Of a stretch of 64,000 nucleotides of DNA, positions 62,644 through 64,000 are shown in pieces (positions within the stretch are counted from its first letter, which is position 1; each line of letters starts with the position of its first letter). The translations under genes were made by a program, and so were the position numbers. This DNA comes from Oscillospiraceae bacterium (GTDB taxonomy: Bacteria; Bacillota; Clostridia; UMGS1840; HGM11507), in assembly GCA_015068665.1 (NCBI GenBank), contig SVKB01000011.1:4858-68857 (forward strand), written 5' to 3'. The notes beneath the pieces are model-generated. The model was not told the DNA's origin, did no database searches, and saw only the letters and a list, made by a program, of their open reading frames with translations.

Positions 62644-62978
62644 AAGATATAAATCATTCGGATTTTCGATATGTTTTGCTAAAGCAAAACTCGATATGCA
62701 ATTAAAATTGCTCGATATGTGCTTCGCACTCGATATGTTCCTTCGGAACGAGAAAAGGACGGATGCCGAATGGCATATCCGTCCTATCCTTAATGTTGAC
62801 ATAAGTCAACAATTCATGATTTGTAAAAATCAATTCATGTTATCAAGCTGATAACAATTCATGCACCGCAAGGTGCAATTCACTATGCCACTTGCGACAT
62901 ATCATTTTGCATTCTGCACTCTGAATTCTGCATTTATATGGCTTGCCGGCCTTCATTCCTCATTCCTGATTTTAAAAT
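62644..62978 (-). repeat. C composite repeat (inverse), uninterrupted reference copy
   Basis: On the plus strand: 5-unit CTCGATATG array, P at 62755-62785, CAATTCA 4 times, ATTCTGCA words, CATTCCT words. Confidence 0.85.
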
Positions 62979-63069
62979 GTTCTTCATTTGCCATTTGCAA
63001 TTTCCCCTTGCTATTTCACCCGTTTTATGCTACTATGAGAATGAATAAATATAAGTGGTGGAATTTGGT

Positions 63070-63834
63070 ATGGAAAGAATTGAAAGTGCCAACAATAGAA
63101 TAATAAAGCTTGTTACTTCCCTGAAAATGAAAAAGTTCAGAATTAAGGAGGGGCTGTTTGTTGCAGAGGGTGAGCGTCTTGTTAAAGACGGCATAAAAAA
63201 TATTACCCCCGAATTTTTAATTGTTTCCGAAAGCTTTAGTGAAAAAAGCTTTCCTTATAAAACCTATGAGGTGCCTGATTCCCTTTTTAAAAAAATATCC
63301 GAAACGGTTACTCCCCAGGGGATTATCGGAGTATTTAAAACAAATATTAAAAATGAAAAGGAAATTCCCTTTGGAAATACCCTTATTCTTAACAGGCTTC
63401 AGGATCCGGGAAATCTGGGAACTATTTTAAGAACTGCCAAGGCATGTGGCTTTCAGAATATAATCCTGGATAATGAATGTGTTGATGTTTACAATCCCAA
63501 AACAGTGCGAAGCTCAATGAGCGCCTGCTTTTCCCTTGATATCTTTTCATCGGAGGATATTATAAAAACCGCGATAAGACTTAAGCAAAAGGGCTTTACT
63601 CTTGCAGGCACAGTGCTTGATAAGGATGCGAAAAATCTTTACAGCACGGAATACAAATCTCCCGTTGCTTTTATTATAGGAAATGAAGGCTCGGGAATCA
63701 GTGAGGCTCTTAAAGAGCTTTGTGATATAAAAATAATAATTCCCATGGAGGAGGGAATCGAGTCTCTTAACGCCTCGGTTGCCGCTTCGGTGGTTATGTA
63801 TGAATTCTTAAGGAGGGAAAAGTATGAAAATTGA
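63070..63834 (+). CDS. TrmH/SpoU family RNA 2'-O-methyltransferase
   Basis: MERIESANNRIIKLV..., LQDPGNLGTILRTA, IIGNEGSGIS and ESLNASVAASV motifs. The ATG at 63070 is preferred to the GTG at 63055. Confidence 0.85.
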   Translation: MERIESANNRIIKLVTSLKMKKFRIKEGLFVAEGERLVKDGIKNITPEFLIVSESFSEKSFPYKTYEVPDSLFKKISETVTPQGIIGVFKTNIKNEKEIPFGNTLILNRLQDPGNLGTILRTAKACGFQNIILDNECVDVYNPKTVRSSMSACFSLDIFSSEDIIKTAIRLKQKGFTLAGTVLDKDAKNLYSTEYKSPVAFIIGNEGSGISEALKELCDIKIIIPMEEGIESLNASVAASVVMYEFLRREKYEN

Positions 63835-64000
63835 AAATGTTAAAAAGCCTCTGTGGATTATAACCTATGCAATACTGCTCTACTTTATTGTAAACAATCT
63901 TGCAACCTTTTTAGATTATATAAACTCAGGCATAAAGCTGTTTACTCCGCTTATAATCGGCGGTGTGCTTGCCTTTATACTGAATCTTATCTTAAGGTTT
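63824..64000 (+). CDS. Membrane protein, N-terminal part (possibly AI-2E/PerM family transporter), continues past right edge
   Basis: ATG at 63824 behind AGGAGGG, overlapping the trmH-like stop. MKIENVKKPLWIITYAILLYFIVNNLATFLDYINSGIKLFTPLIIGGVLAFILNLILRF has two TM helices. The frame is open to the edge. Confidence 0.5.
   Translation, partial: MKIENVKKPLWIITYAILLYFIVNNLATFLDYINSGIKLFTPLIIGGVLAFILNLILRF

Overview
This is a 64-kb chromosomal segment of a low-GC, endospore-forming Firmicute. The gene content looks Clostridia-like (spoIIM, yqfC, yqfD, ylbJ, an IspH-S1 fusion).

Coding content: I call about 55 protein genes, almost all recognisable housekeeping functions. They include mreBC, typA, the ispH-S1 fusion, mscL, a dacB-like carboxypeptidase, xerD, rny, rsmD-coaD, rnj, coaE, era, phoH-ybeY and two SpoU/TrmH methyltransferases. 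There is one 5-tRNA operon (Gly-Arg-His-Gln-Lys). There is one sugar-uptake locus: yesL, a secreted discoidin-domain enzyme, two permeases, a lipoprotein binding protein and a membrane AraC-type regulator. Two adjacent genes encode giant secreted glycan-active proteins of 1291 and 1560 aa.

The unusual content is non-coding. At least 13 intergenic gaps are built almost entirely from a shared vocabulary of short, highly structured repeat modules, reused in different orders, orientations and nestings. My hand tally is roughly 7-8 kb, about 12% of the window. The module types are:
- Bead arrays, in which a constant 6-9 nt word (CATATCGAG, TGAATTG, GTGATAT, TGAAAT) alternates with different small hairpins, often cUUCGg-capped.
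- Dyad arrays, where the word flips to its reverse complement at a centre.
- A three-way-junction module whose outer stem differs between copies while pairing is maintained.
- A roughly 280-nt terminator-tipped S element, present three times around the two giant genes.
- A TA-flanked MITE-like element with about 25-nt terminal inverted repeats, inserted inside other modules.

I cannot assign these repeats to a named family from memory, and I consider them the main thing worth following up. I saw no CRISPR array, rRNA, prophage, transposase gene or recognisable defence system. Several ORF-track starts are N-terminal over-extensions into repeats or leaders (era, rny, coaE, xerD, yesL and others), and I give corrected starts. 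All coordinates of repeats, promoters and terminators were derived by eye and may be off by a few nt.
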